Of a stretch of 64,000 nucleotides of DNA, positions 11,845 to 25,786 are shown piece after piece (position 1 is the stretch's first letter; the number at the start of each line of letters is the position of its first letter). The translations under genes and the position numbers were made by a program. Origin of the DNA: Eledone cirrhosa (Eukaryota); contig OZ024741.1 in assembly GCA_964016885.1 (NCBI GenBank), positions 8,618,001 through 8,682,000 of the forward strand, in the 5' to 3' direction. Below the pieces are notes generated by a model. The model had not been told where the DNA came from and did not search any database. It worked only from the letters and a program-made list of their open reading frames with translations.

Positions 11845-14800
11845 TAGTCGAGGTTTTAGTCACCTCCATGTACACCTTAGTGGAGGTTTTAGTCACCTCC
11901 ATGTACAACATAATCGAGGTTTTAGTCACCTACATATACAACAGTCGAATGTTTTATTCACCTTCATGTACAACATAGTCGAGCTTTTAGTCACCTCCAT
12001 ATACGCCATATTGGAGGTTTTAGTCACCTCCATGTACAACATAGTCGAGGTTTTAGTCACCTCTATGTACAACATAGTCGACGTTTTAGTCACCTCCATG
12101 TACAACGTAGTCGAGGTTTTAGTTACCTCCATGTACAACATAGTGGAGGATTTAGTCACCTCCATGTACAACATAGTCAGAGTTTCTGTCACCTCAATGT
12201 ACAACATAGTGGAGGTTTTAGTCACCTCCATGTACACCATAGTCGAGGTTTTAGTCACCTCCATGTACAACATAGTCGAGGTTTTAGTCACCTCTATGTA
12301 CAACATAGTCGACGTTTTAGTCACCTCCATGTACAACGTAGTCGAGGTTTTAGTTACCTCCATGTACAACAGAGTCGAGGTTTTAATCAACTCCATGTAC
12401 AACATAGTCGAGGTTTTAGTCACCTCCATGTACACCATAGTGGAGGTTTTAGTCAACTCCATGTACAACATAGTGGAGGTTTTAGTCACCTCCATGTACA
12501 CCATAGTCGAGGGTTTAGTCACCTCCATGTTCAACATAGTGGAGGTTTTAATCACCTCCATGTACAAAATAGTGGAGGTTTTAGTCACCTCCATGTACAA
12601 CATCGTCGAGGTTTTAGTCACCTCCATGTACAACATTATGGAGGTTTCAGTCACCTCCATGTACAACATAGTGGAGGTTTTAGTCACCTCCATGTACACC
12701 ATAGTCGAGGTTTTAGTCACCTCCATGTACAACATAGTGTAGGTTTTAGTCACCTTCATGTACAACATAGTGGAGGTCTTAGTCACCTCCATGTACAACA
12801 CAGTCGAGGTTTTAATCACTTCCATGTACAACATAGTCGAGGTTTTAGTCACCTCCATGTACAACATAGTGGAGGTTTCAGTCACCTCCATGTACACCAT
12901 AGTCGAGGTTTTAGTCACAACCATGTACAACATAGTCGAGGTTTTAGTCACCTCCATGTACAACATAGTGGAGGTTTTAGTCACCTCCATGTACACGATA
13001 GTCGAGGTTTGAGTCACCTCCATGTACAACATAGTCGAGGTTTTAGTCACCTCTATGTACAACATAGTTGACGTTTTCGTCACCTCCATGTACAACGTAG
13101 TCGAGGTTTTAGTCACCTCCATGTACAACATAGTCGAGGTTTTAATCACCTCCATGTACAACATAGTGGAGGTTTTAGTCACCTCCATGTACACCATAGG
13201 CGAGGTTTTAGTCACCTCCATGTACAACAAAGAGGAGGTTTTAGTCACCGCCATGTACAACATAGTCGAGATTTTAGTCACCTCCATGTACACCATAGTG
13301 GCGGTTTTAGTCATTTCCATGTACACCATAGTGGCGGTTTTAGTCACCTCTATGTACAACATAGTCGAGGTTTTAGTCACCTCCATGTACAACATAATCA
13401 AGGTTTTAGTCACCTCCATGTACACCATAGTCGAGGTTTTAGTCACCTCCATGTACAACATAGTCGAGGTTTTAGTCACCTCCATGTACAACATATTGCA
13501 GGTTTTAGTCAGCTCCATGCACAACATAGTCGAGATTTTAGTCACCTCCATGTACACCATAGTGGCGGTTTTAGTCATTTCCATGTACACCATAGTGGCG
13601 GTTTTAGTCACCTCTATGTACAACATAGTCGAGGTTTTAGTCACCTCCATGTACAACATAATCGAGGTTTTAGTCACCTACATGTACAACAGTCGAATGT
13701 TTTATTCACCTTCATGTACAACATAGTCGAGGTTTTAGTTACCTCCATGTACAACATAGTCGAGGTTTTAGTCACCTCCATGTACACCATAGTCGAGGTT
13801 TTAGTCACCTACATGAACAACATAGTCGAGGTTTTAGTCACCTCCATGTACAACATAGTCGAGGTTTTAGTCACTTCCATGTACAACATAGTGGAGGTTT
13901 TAGTCACCTCCATGTACAACACAGTGGAGGTTTTAGTCACCTCCATGTACAACATAGTCGAGGTTTTAGTCACCTCCATTTACAACATAGTCGAGGTTTT
14001 AGTCACCTCCATGTACAACATAGTCGAGGTTTTAGTCACCTCCATGTACAACATAGTCGAGGTTTTAGTCACCTCCATGTACAACATAGTGGAGGTTTTA
14101 GTCACCTCCATGTACAACATAGTGGAGGTTTTAGTCACCTCCATGTACACCATAGTTGAGGTTTCAGTCACCTCCATGTACACCATAGTCGAGGTTTTAG
14201 TCACCTCCATGTACAACTTAGTCGAGGTTTTAGTCACCTCCATGTACAACATAGTGGAGCTTTTAGTCACCTCCATGTACACATAGTCGAGGTTTTAGTG
14301 ACCTCCATGTACAACATAGTTGAGGTTTTAGTCACCTCTATGTACAACATAATCGACGTTTTCGTCACCTCCATGTAAAACGTAGTCGAGGTTTTAATCA
14401 CCTCCATGTACAACATAGTGGAGGTTTTAGTCACCTCCATGTACAACATAGTGGAGGTTTTAGTCACCTCCATGTACACATAGTCGAGGTTTTAGTGACC
14501 TCCATGTACAACATAGTCGAGGTTTTAGTCACCTCCATGTAAAACATAGTGGAGGTTTTAGTCACCTCCATGTACAACATAGTCGAGGTTTTTGTCACCT
14601 CCATGTACAAAATAGTGGAGGTTTTAGTCACCTCCATGTACAACATAGTCGAGGTTTTAGTCACCTCCATTTACAACATAGTGGAGGTTTCAGTCACCTC
14701 CATGTATAACATAGTGGAGGTTTTAGTCACCTCCATGTACACCATAGTCGAGGTTTTAGTCACCTCCATGTACAACATAGTGTAGGTTTTAGTCACCTTC

Positions 14801-17800
14801 ATGTACAACATAGTGGAGGTCTTAGTCACCTCCATGTACAACACAGTCGAGGTTTTAATCACTTCCATGTACAACATAGTTGAGGTTTTAGTCACCTCCA
14901 TGTACAACATAGTGGAGGTTTCAGTCACCTCCATGTACACCATAGTCGAGGTTTTAGTCACCACCATGTACAACATAGTCGAGGTTTTAATCACCTCCAT
15001 GTACAACATAGTGGAGGTTTTAGTCACCTCCATGTACACGATAGTCGAAGTTTGAGTCACCTCCATGTACAACATAGTCGAGGTTTTAATCACTTCCATG
15101 TACAACATAGTTGAGGTTTTAGTCACCTCCATGTACAACATAGTGGAGGTTTCAGTCACCTCCATGTACACCATAGTCGAGGTTTTAGTCACCACCATGT
15201 ACAACATAGTGGAGGTTTTAGTCAACTCCATGTACAACATAGTGGAGGTCTTAGTCACCTCCATGTACAACACAATCGAGGTTTTAATCACTTCCATGTA
15301 CAACATAGTCGAGGTTTTAGTCACCTCCATGTACACAATAGTCGAGATTTTAGTTAACTCCATGTACAACATAGTCGAGGTTTTAGTCACCTCCATGTAC
15401 AACATAGTCGAGGTTTTAGTCACCTCCATGTACAACATAATCAAGGTTTTATTCACCTCCATGTACACCATAGTCGAGGTTTTAGTCACCTCCATGTACA
15501 ACATAGTGGAGGTTTTAGTCAACTCCATGTACAACATAGTGGAGGTCTAGGTCACCTCCATGTACAACAAATTCGAGGTTTTAATCACTTCCATGTACAA
15601 CATAGTCGAGGTTTTAGTCACCTCCATGTACAACATAGTGGAGGTCTTAGTCACCTCCATGTACAACATAGTCGAGGTTTTAGTCACCTCCATTACAAAG
15701 TAGTGGAGGTTTTAGTCACCTTTATGTACAACATAGTCGAGGTTTTAGTCACCTCTATGTACAACATAGTCGAGGTTTTAGTCACCCCATGTACAGCATA
15801 GTCGAGGTTTTAGTCACCTCCATGTACAACATAGTAGAGGTTTTAGTCACCTCCATGTCCAACATAGTGGAGGATTTAGTCACCTCCATGTACAACATAG
15901 TCGGAGTTTCTGTCACCTCCATGTACAACATAGTGGAGGTTTTAGTCACCTCCATGTACACCATAGTCGAGGTTTTAGTCACCTCCATGTACAACATAGT
16001 CGAGGTTTTAGTCACCTCTATGTACAACATAGTCGACGTTTTAGTCACCTCCATGTACAACGTAGTCGAGGTTTTAGTTACCTCCATGTACAACATAGTC
16101 GAGGTTTTAATCAACTCCATGTACAACATAGTCGAGGTTTTAGTCACCTCCATGTACACCATAGTCGAGGGTTTAGTCACCTCCATGTACAACATAGTGG
16201 AGGTTTTAGTCACATCCATGTACAACAATAGTGGTGGTTTTAGTCACCTCCATGTACAACATAGTCGAGGTTTTAGTCACCTCCATGTAAAACATAGTGG
16301 AGGTTTTAGTAACCTCCATGTACAACATAGTCGAGGTTTTTGTCACCTCCATGTACAAAATAGTGGAGGTTTTAGTCACCTCCATGTACAACATAGTCGA
16401 GGTTTTAGTCACCTCCATGTACAACATAGTGGAGGTTTCAGTCACCTCCACGTACAACATAGTGGAGGTTTTAGTCACCTCCATGTACACCATAGTCGAA
16501 GTTTTAGTCACCTCCATGTACAACATAGTGTAGGTTTTAGTCACCTTCATATACAACATAGTGGAGGTCTTAGTCACCTGCATGTACAACACAGTCGAGG
16601 TTTTAATCACTTCCATGTACAACATAGTCGAGGTTTTAGTCACCTCCATGTACAACATAGTGGAGGTTTCAGTCACCTCCATGTACAACATAGTCGAGGT
16701 TTTAGTCACCCCCATTACAAAGTAGTGGAAGTTTTAGTCAACTCCATGTACAACATAGTGGAGGTTTTAGTCACCTCCATGTACACCATAGTCGAGGGTT
16801 TACTCACCTCCATGTACAACATAGTCGAAATTTTAGTCACCTCCATGTACACCATAGTGGAGATTTTAGTCAACTCCATGTACAACATGGTCGAGGTTTT
16901 AGTTACCTCCATGTACAACATAGTCGAGGTTTTTGTCACCTCCATGTACAACATAGTGGAGATTTTAGTCACCTCCATGTACAACATAGTGGAGATTTTA
17001 GTCACCTCCATGTACAACATAGTCGAGATTTTAGTCACCTCCATGTACAACATAGTGGAGATTTTAGTCACCTCCATGTACAACATAGGTGAGGTTTTAG
17101 TCACCTACATGTACAACATAGTGGAGGTTTTAGTCACCTCCATGTACACCATAGTGGAGGTTTCAGTCACCTCCATGTACACCATAGTCGAGGTTTTAGT
17201 CACCTCCATGTACAACATAGTCGAGGTTTTAGTCACCTCCATGTACAACATAGTGGAGGGTTTAGTCACCTCCATGTACACCATAGTCGAGGTTTTAGTC
17301 ACCTCCATGTACAACATAGTCGAGGTTTTAGTCACCTCTATGTACAACTTAATCGACGTTTTCGTCACCTCCATGTACAACGTAGTTGAGGTTTTAGTCA
17401 CCTCCATGTACAACATAGTCGAGGTTTTAATCACCTCCATGTACAACATAGTGGAGATTTTAGTCACCTCCATGTACACCATAGGCGAGGTTTTAGTCAC
17501 CTCCATGTACAACAAAGAGGAGGTTTTAGTTACATCCATGTACAACATAGTCGAGGTTTTAGTCACCACCATGTACAACATAGTCGAGGTTTTAGTCACC
17601 TCCATGTACAACATAGTCGAGATTTTAGTCACCTCCATGTACACCATAATGGCGGTTTTAGTCACCTCCATGTACAACATAGTCGAGGTTTTAGTCACCT
17701 CCATGTACAAAATAGTCGAGGTTTTACTCACCTCCATGTACAACATAATCAAGGTTTTAGTCACCTCCATGTACACCATAGTCGAGGTTTTAGTCACCTC

Positions 17801-20800
17801 CATGTACAACATAGTCGAGGTTTTAGTCACCTCCATTACAAAAAATAGTGGAGGTTTTAGTCACCTCTATGTACAACATATTCGAGGTTTTAGTCACCTC
17901 TATGTACAACATAGTCGAGGTTTTAGTCACCCCATGTACAACATAGTCGAGGTTTTAGTCACCTCCATGTACAACATAGTCGAGGTTTTAGTCACCTCCA
18001 TGTACAACATAGTAGAGGTTTTAGTCACCTTCATGTACAACATAGTGGAGGTTTTAGTCACCTCCATGTACAACATAGTCGAAGTTTCAGTCACCTCCAT
18101 GTACAACATAGTGGAGGTTTTAGTCACCTCCATGTACACCATAGTGGAGGTTTTAGTCAACTCCATGTACAACATAGTGGAGGTTTTAGTCACCTCCATG
18201 TACACCATAGTCGAGGGTTTAGTCACCTCCATGTACAACATAGTGGAGGTTTTAATCACCTCCATGTACAACATAGTCGAGATTTTAGTCACCTACATGT
18301 ACAACATAGTTGAGGTTTTAGTCACCTCCATGTACAACATAGTCGAGGTTTTAGTCACCTCCATGTACAACATAGTTGATGTTTTAGTCACCTCCATGTA
18401 CAACATAGTGGAGGTTTTAGTCACCTCCATGTACAACATAGTGGAGGTTTTAGTCACCTCCATGTACAACATAGTCGAGGTTTTAGTCACCTCCATGTAC
18501 AACATATTCGAGGTTTTAGTCACCTCCATGTACAACTTGTCGAGGTTTTAGTCACCTCCATGTACAACATAGTCGAGGTTTTAGTCACCTCCATGTACAA
18601 CATAGTGGAGGTTTTACTCACCTCCATGTGCACCATAGTGGAGGTTTTAGTCACCTCCATGTACACCATAGTCGAGGTTTTAGTCACCTCCATGTACACC
18701 ATAGTCGAGGTTTTAGTCACCTCCATGTACAACATAGTCGAGGTTTTAGTCACCTATATGTACAACATATTCGACGTTTTAGTCAACTCCATGTACAACG
18801 TAGTCGAGGTTTTAGTCACCTCCATGTACACCTTAGTGGAGGTTTTAGTCACCTCCATGTACAACATAATCGAGGTTTTAGTCACCTACATATACAACAG
18901 TCGAATGTTTTATTCACCTTCATGTACAACATAGTCGAGCTTTTAGTCACCTCCATATACGCCATATTGGAGGTTTTAGTCACCTCCATGTACAACATAG
19001 TCGAGGTTTTAGTCACCTCTATGTACAACATAGTCGACGTTTTAGTCACCTCCATGTACAACGTAGTCGAGGTTTTAGTTACCTCCATGTACAACATAGT
19101 GGAGGATTTAGTCACCTCCATGTACAACATAGTCAGAGTTTCTGTCACCTCAATGTACAACATAGTGGAGGTTTTAGTCACCTCCATGTACACCATAGTC
19201 GAGGTTTTAGTCACCTCCATGTACAACATAGTCGAGGTTTTAGTCACCTCTATGTACAACATAGTCGACGTTTTAGTCACCTCCATGTACAACGTAGTCG
19301 AGGTTTTAGTTACCTCCATGTACAACAGAGTCGAGGTTTTAATCAACTCCATGTACAACATAGTCGAGGTTTTAGTCACCTCCATGTACACCATAGTGGA
19401 GGTTTTAGTCAACTCCATGTACAACATAGTGGAGGTTTTAGTCACCTCCATGTACACCATAGTCGAGGGTTTAGTCACCTCCATGTTCAACATAGTGGAG
19501 GTTTTAATCACCTCCATGTACAAAATAGTGGAGGTTTTAGTCACCTCCATGTACAACATCGTCGAGGTTTTAGTCACCTCCATGTACAACATTATGGAGG
19601 TTTCAGTCACCTCCATGTACAACATAGTGGAGGTTTTAGTCACCTCCATGTACACCATAGTCGAGGTTTTAGTCACCTCCATGTACAACATAGTGTAGGT
19701 TTTAGTCACCTTCATGTACAACATAGTGGAGGTCTTAGTCACCTCCATGTACAACACAGTCGAGGTTTTAATCACTTCCATGTACAACATAGTCGAGGTT
19801 TTAGTCACCTCCATGTACAACATAGTGGAGGTTTCAGTCACCTCCATGTACACCATAGTCGAGGTTTTAGTCACAACCATGTACAACATAGTCGAGGTTT
19901 TAGTCACCTCCATGTACAACATAGTGGAGGTTTTAGTCACCTCCATGTACACGATAGTCGAGGTTTGAGTCACCTCCATGTACAACATAGTCGAGGTTTT
20001 AGTCACCTCTATGTACAACATAGTTGACGTTTTCGTCACCTCCATGTACAACGTAGTCGAGGTTTTAGTCACCTCCATGTACAACATAGTCGAGGTTTTA
20101 ATCACCTCCATGTACAACATAGTGGAGGTTTTAGTCACCTCCATGTACACCATAGGCGAGGTTTTAGTCACCTCCATGTACAACAAAGAGGAGGTTTTAG
20201 TCACCGCCATGTACAACATAGTCGAGATTTTAGTCACCTCCATGTACACCATAGTGGCGGTTTTAGTCATTTCCATGTACACCATAGTGGCGGTTTTAGT
20301 CACCTCTATGTACAACATAGTCGAGGTTTTAGTCACCTCCATGTACAACATAATCAAGGTTTTAGTCACCTCCATGTACACCATAGTCGAGGTTTTAGTC
20401 ACCTCCATGTACAACATAGTCGAGGTTTTAGTCACCTCCATGTACAACATATTGCAGGTTTTAGTCAGCTCCATGCACAACATAGTCGAGATTTTAGTCA
20501 CCTCCATGTACACCATAGTGGCGGTTTTAGTCATTTCCATGTACACCATAGTGGCGGTTTTAGTCACCTCTATGTACAACATAGTCGAGGTTTTAGTCAC
20601 CTCCATGTACAACATAATCGAGGTTTTAGTCACCTACATGTACAACAGTCGAATGTTTTATTCACCTTCATGTACAACATAGTCGAGGTTTTAGTCACCT
20701 CCATGTACAACATAGTCGAGGTTTTAGTCACCTCCATGTACACCATAGTCGAGGTTTTAGTCACCTACATGAACAACATAGTCGAGGTTTTAGTCACCTC

Positions 20801-23800
20801 CATGTACAACATAGTCGAGGTTTTAGTCACTTCCATGTACAACATAGTGGAGGTTTTAGTCACCTCCATGTACAACACAGTGGAGGTTTTAGTCACCTCC
20901 ATGTACAACATAGTCGAGGTTTTAGTCACCTCCATTTACAACATAGTCGAGGTTTTAGTCACCTCCATGTACAACATAGTCGAGGTTTTAGTCACCTCCA
21001 TGTACAACATAGTCGAGGTTTTAGTCACCTCCATGTACAACATAGTGGAGGTTTTAGTCACCTCCATGTACAACATAGTGGAGGTTTTAGTCACCTCCAT
21101 GTACACCATAGTTGAGGTTTCAGTCACCTCCATGTACACCATAGTCGAGGTTTTAGTCACCTCCATGTACAACTTAGTCGAGGTTTTAGTCACCTCCATG
21201 TACAACATAGTGGAGCTTTTAGTCACCTCCATGTACACATAGTCGAGGTTTTAGTGACCTCCATGTACAACATAGTTGAGGTTTTAGTCACCTCTATGTA
21301 CAACATAATCGACGTTTTCGTCACCTCCATGTAAAACGTAGTCGAGGTTTTAATCACCTCCATGTACAACATAGTGGAGGTTTTAGTCACCTCCATGTAC
21401 AACATAGTGGAGGTTTTAGTCACCTACATGTACACATAGTCGAGGTTTTAGTGACCTCCATGTACAACATAGTCGAGGTTTTAGTCACCTCCATGTAAAA
21501 CATAGTGGAGGTTTTAGTCACCTCCATGTACAACATAGTCGAGGTTTTTGTCACCTCCATGTACAAAATAGTGGAGGTTTTAGTCACCTCCATGTACAAC
21601 ATAGTCGAGGTTTTAGTCACCTCCATTTACAACATAGTGGAGGTTTCAGTCACCTCCATGTATAACATAGTGGAGGTTTTAGTCACCTCCATGTACACCA
21701 TAGTCGAGGTTTTAGTCACCTCCATGTACAACATAGTGTAGGTTTTAGTCACCTTCATGTACAACATAGTGGAGGTCTTAGTCACCTCCATGTACAACAC
21801 AGTCGAGGTTTTAATCACTTCCATGTACAACATAGTTGAGGTTTTAGTCACCTCCATGTACAACATAGTGGAGGTTTCAGTCACCTCCATGTACACCATA
21901 GTCGAGGTTTTAGTCACCACCATGTACAACATAGTCGAGGTTTTAATCACCTCCATGTACAACATAGTGGAGGTTTTAGTCACCTCCATGTACACGATAG
22001 TCGAAGTTTGAGTCACCTCCATGTACAACATAGTCGAGGTTTTAATCACTTCCATGTACAACATAGTTGAGGTTTTAGTCACCTCCATGTACAACATAGT
22101 GGAGGTTTCAGTCACCTCCATGTACACCATAGTCGAGGTTTTAGTCACCACCATGTACAACATAGTGGAGGTTTTAGTCAACTCCATGTACAACATAGTG
22201 GAGGTCTTAGTCACCTCCATGTACAACACAATCGAGGTTTTAATCACTTCCATGTACAACATAGTCGAGGTTTTAGTCACCTCCATGTACACAATAGTCG
22301 AGATTTTAGTTAACTCCATGTACAACATAGTCGAGGTTTTAGTCACCTCCATGTACAACATAGTCGAGGTTTTAGTCACCTCCATGTACAACATAATCAA
22401 GGTTTTATTCACCTCCATGTACACCATAGTCGAGGTTTTAGTCACCTCCATGTACAACATAGTGGAGGTTTTAGTCAACTCCATGTACAACATAGTGGAG
22501 GTCTAGGTCACCTCCATGTACAACAAATTCGAGGTTTTAATCACTTCCATGTACAACATAGTCGAGGTTTTAGTCACCTCCATGTACAACATAGTGGAGG
22601 TCTTAGTCACCTCCATGTACAACATAGTCGAGGTTTTAGTCACCTCCATTACAAAGTAGTGGAGGTTTTAGTCACCTTTATGTACAACATAGTCGAGGTT
22701 TTAGTCACCTCTATGTACAACATAGTCGAGGTTTTAGTCACCCCATGTACAGCATAGTCGAGGTTTTAGTCACCTCCATGTACAACATAGTAGAGGTTTT
22801 AGTCACCTCCATGTCCAACATAGTGGAGGATTTAGTCACCTCCATGTACAACATAGTCGGAGTTTCTGTCACCTCCATGTACAACATAGTGGAGGTTTTA
22901 GTCACCTCCATGTACACCATAGTCGAGGTTTTAGTCACCTCCATGTACAACATAGTCGAGGTTTTAGTCACCTCTATGTACAACATAGTCGACGTTTTAG
23001 TCACCTCCATGTACAACGTAGTCGAGGTTTTAGTTACCTCCATGTACAACATAGTCGAGGTTTTAATCAACTCCATGTACAACATAGTCGAGGTTTTAGT
23101 CACCTCCATGTACACCATAGTCGAGGGTTTAGTCACCTCCATGTACAACATAGTGGAGGTTTTAGTCACATCCATGTACAACAATAGTGGTGGTTTTAGT
23201 CACCTCCATGTACAACATAGTCGAGGTTTTAGTCACCTCCATGTAAAACATAGTGGAGGTTTTAGTAACCTCCATGTACAACATAGTCGAGGTTTTTGTC
23301 ACCTCCATGTACAAAATAGTGGAGGTTTTAGTCACCTCCATGTACAACATAGTCGAGGTTTTAGTCACCTCCATGTACAACATAGTGGAGGTTTCAGTCA
23401 CCTCCACGTACAACATAGTGGAGGTTTTAGTCACCTCCATGTACACCATAGTCGAAGTTTTAGTCACCTCCATGTACAACATAGTGTAGGTTTTAGTCAC
23501 CTTCATATACAACATAGTGGAGGTCTTAGTCACCTGCATGTACAACACAGTCGAGGTTTTAATCACTTCCATGTACAACATAGTCGAGGTTTTAGTCACC
23601 TCCATGTACAACATAGTGGAGGTTTCAGTCACCTCCATGTACAACATAGTCGAGGTTTTAGTCACCCCCATTACAAAGTAGTGGAAGTTTTAGTCAACTC
23701 CATGTACAACATAGTGGAGGTTTTAGTCACCTCCATGTACACCATAGTCGAGGGTTTACTCACCTCCATGTACAACATAGTCGAAATTTTAGTCACCTCC

Positions 23801-25786
23801 ATGTACACCATAGTGGAGATTTTAGTCAACTCCATGTACAACATGGTCGAGGTTTTAGTTACCTCCATGTACAACATAGTCGAGGTTTTTGTCACCTCCA
23901 TGTACAACATAGTGGAGATTTTAGTCACCTCCATGTACAACATAGTGGAGATTTTAGTCACCTCCATGTACAACATAGTCGAGATTTTAGTCACCTCCAT
24001 GTACAACATAGTGGAGATTTTAGTCACCTCCATGTACAACATAGGTGAGGTTTTAGTCACCTACATGTACAACATAGTGGAGGTTTTAGTCACCTCCATG
24101 TACACCATAGTGGAGGTTTCAGTCACCTCCATGTACACCATAGTCGAGGTTTTAGTCACCTCCATGTACAACATAGTCGAGGTTTTAGTCACCTCCATGT
24201 ACAACATAGTGGAGGGTTTAGTCACCTCCATGTACACCATAGTCGAGGTTTTAGTCACCTCCATGTACAACATAGTCGAGGTTTTAGTCACCTCTATGTA
24301 CAACTTAATCGACGTTTTCGTCACCTCCATGTACAACGTAGTTGAGGTTTTAGTCACCTCCATGTACAACATAGTCGAGGTTTTAATCACCTCCATGTAC
24401 AACATAGTGGAGATTTTAGTCACCTCCATGTACACCATAGGCGAGGTTTTAGTCACCTCCATGTACAACAAAGAGGAGGTTTTAGTTACATCCATGTACA
24501 ACATAGTCGAGGTTTTAGTCACCACCATGTACAACATAGTCGAGGTTTTAGTCACCTCCATGTACAACATAGTCGAGATTTTAGTCACCTCCATGTACAC
24601 CATAATGGCGGTTTTAGTCACCTCCATGTACAACATAGTCGAGGTTTTAGTCACCTCCATGTACAAAATAGTCGAGGTTTTACTCACCTCCATGTACAAC
24701 ATAATCAAGGTTTTAGTCACCTCCATGTACACCATAGTCGAGGTTTTAGTCACCTCCATGTACAACATAGTCGAGGTTTTAGTCACCTCCATTACAAAAA
24801 ATAGTGGAGGTTTTAGTCACCTCTATGTACAACATATTCGAGGTTTTAGTCACCTCTATGTACAACATAGTCGAGGTTTTAGTCACCCCATGTACAACAT
24901 AGTCGAGGTTTTAGTCACCTCCATGTACAACATAGTCGAGGTTTTAGTCACCTCCATGTACAACATAGTAGAGGTTTTAGTCACCTTCATGTACAACATA
25001 GTGGAGGTTTTAGTCACCTCCATGTACAACATAGTCGAAGTTTCAGTCACCTCCATGTACAACATAGTGGAGGTTTTAGTCACCTCCATGTACACCATAG
25101 TGGAGGTTTTAGTCAACTCCATGTACAACATAGTGGAGGTTTTAGTCACCTCCATGTACACCATAGTCGAGGGTTTAGTCACCTCCATGTACAACATAGT
25201 GGAGGTTTTAATCACCTCCATGTACAACATAGTCGAGATTTTAGTCACCTACATGTACAACATAGTTGAGGTTTTAGTCACCTCCATGTACAACATAGTC
25301 GAGGTTTTAGTCACCTCCATGTACAACATAGTTGATGTTTTAGTCACCTCCATGTACAACATAGTGGAGGTTTTAGTCACCTCCATGTACAACATAGTGG
25401 AGGTTTTAGTCACCTCCATGTACAACATAGTCGAGGTTTTAGTCACCTCCATGTACAACATATTCGAGGTTTTAGTCACCTCCATGTACAACTTGTCGAG
25501 GTTTTAGTCACCTCCATGTACAACATAGTCGAGGTTTTAGTCACCTCCATGTACAACATAGTGGAGGTTTTACTCACCTCCATGTGCACCATAGTGGAGG
25601 TTTTAGTCACCTCCATGTACACCATAGTCGAGGTTTTAGTCACCTCCATGTACACCATAGTCGTAGTTTTAGTCACCTCCATGTACAACATAGTCGAGGT
25701 TTTAGTCACCTATATGTACAACATATTCGACGTTTTAGTCAACTCCATGTACAACGTAGTCGAGGTTTTAGTCACCTCCATGTACA
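11845..25786. repeat. Near-perfect 6,956-bp tandem duplication (11845-18800 / 18801-25756), about 211 monomers per unit
   Basis: The offset is a constant 6956 throughout (11926/18882, 13714/20670, 15789/22745, 18520/25476). I noticed only about three substitutions by eye (near 13740, 21427 and 25665). Confidence 0.95.

Noticed and set aside
11926-13677. 583-aa minus-strand Thr/Met-rich ORF (duplicated at 18882-20633) as a mucin-like or surface protein gene
   Set aside because: It is simply the longest stretch without an indel or stop in that frame. It has no signal peptide, anchor or unique sequence, and the second copy is explained by the 6,956-bp duplication.
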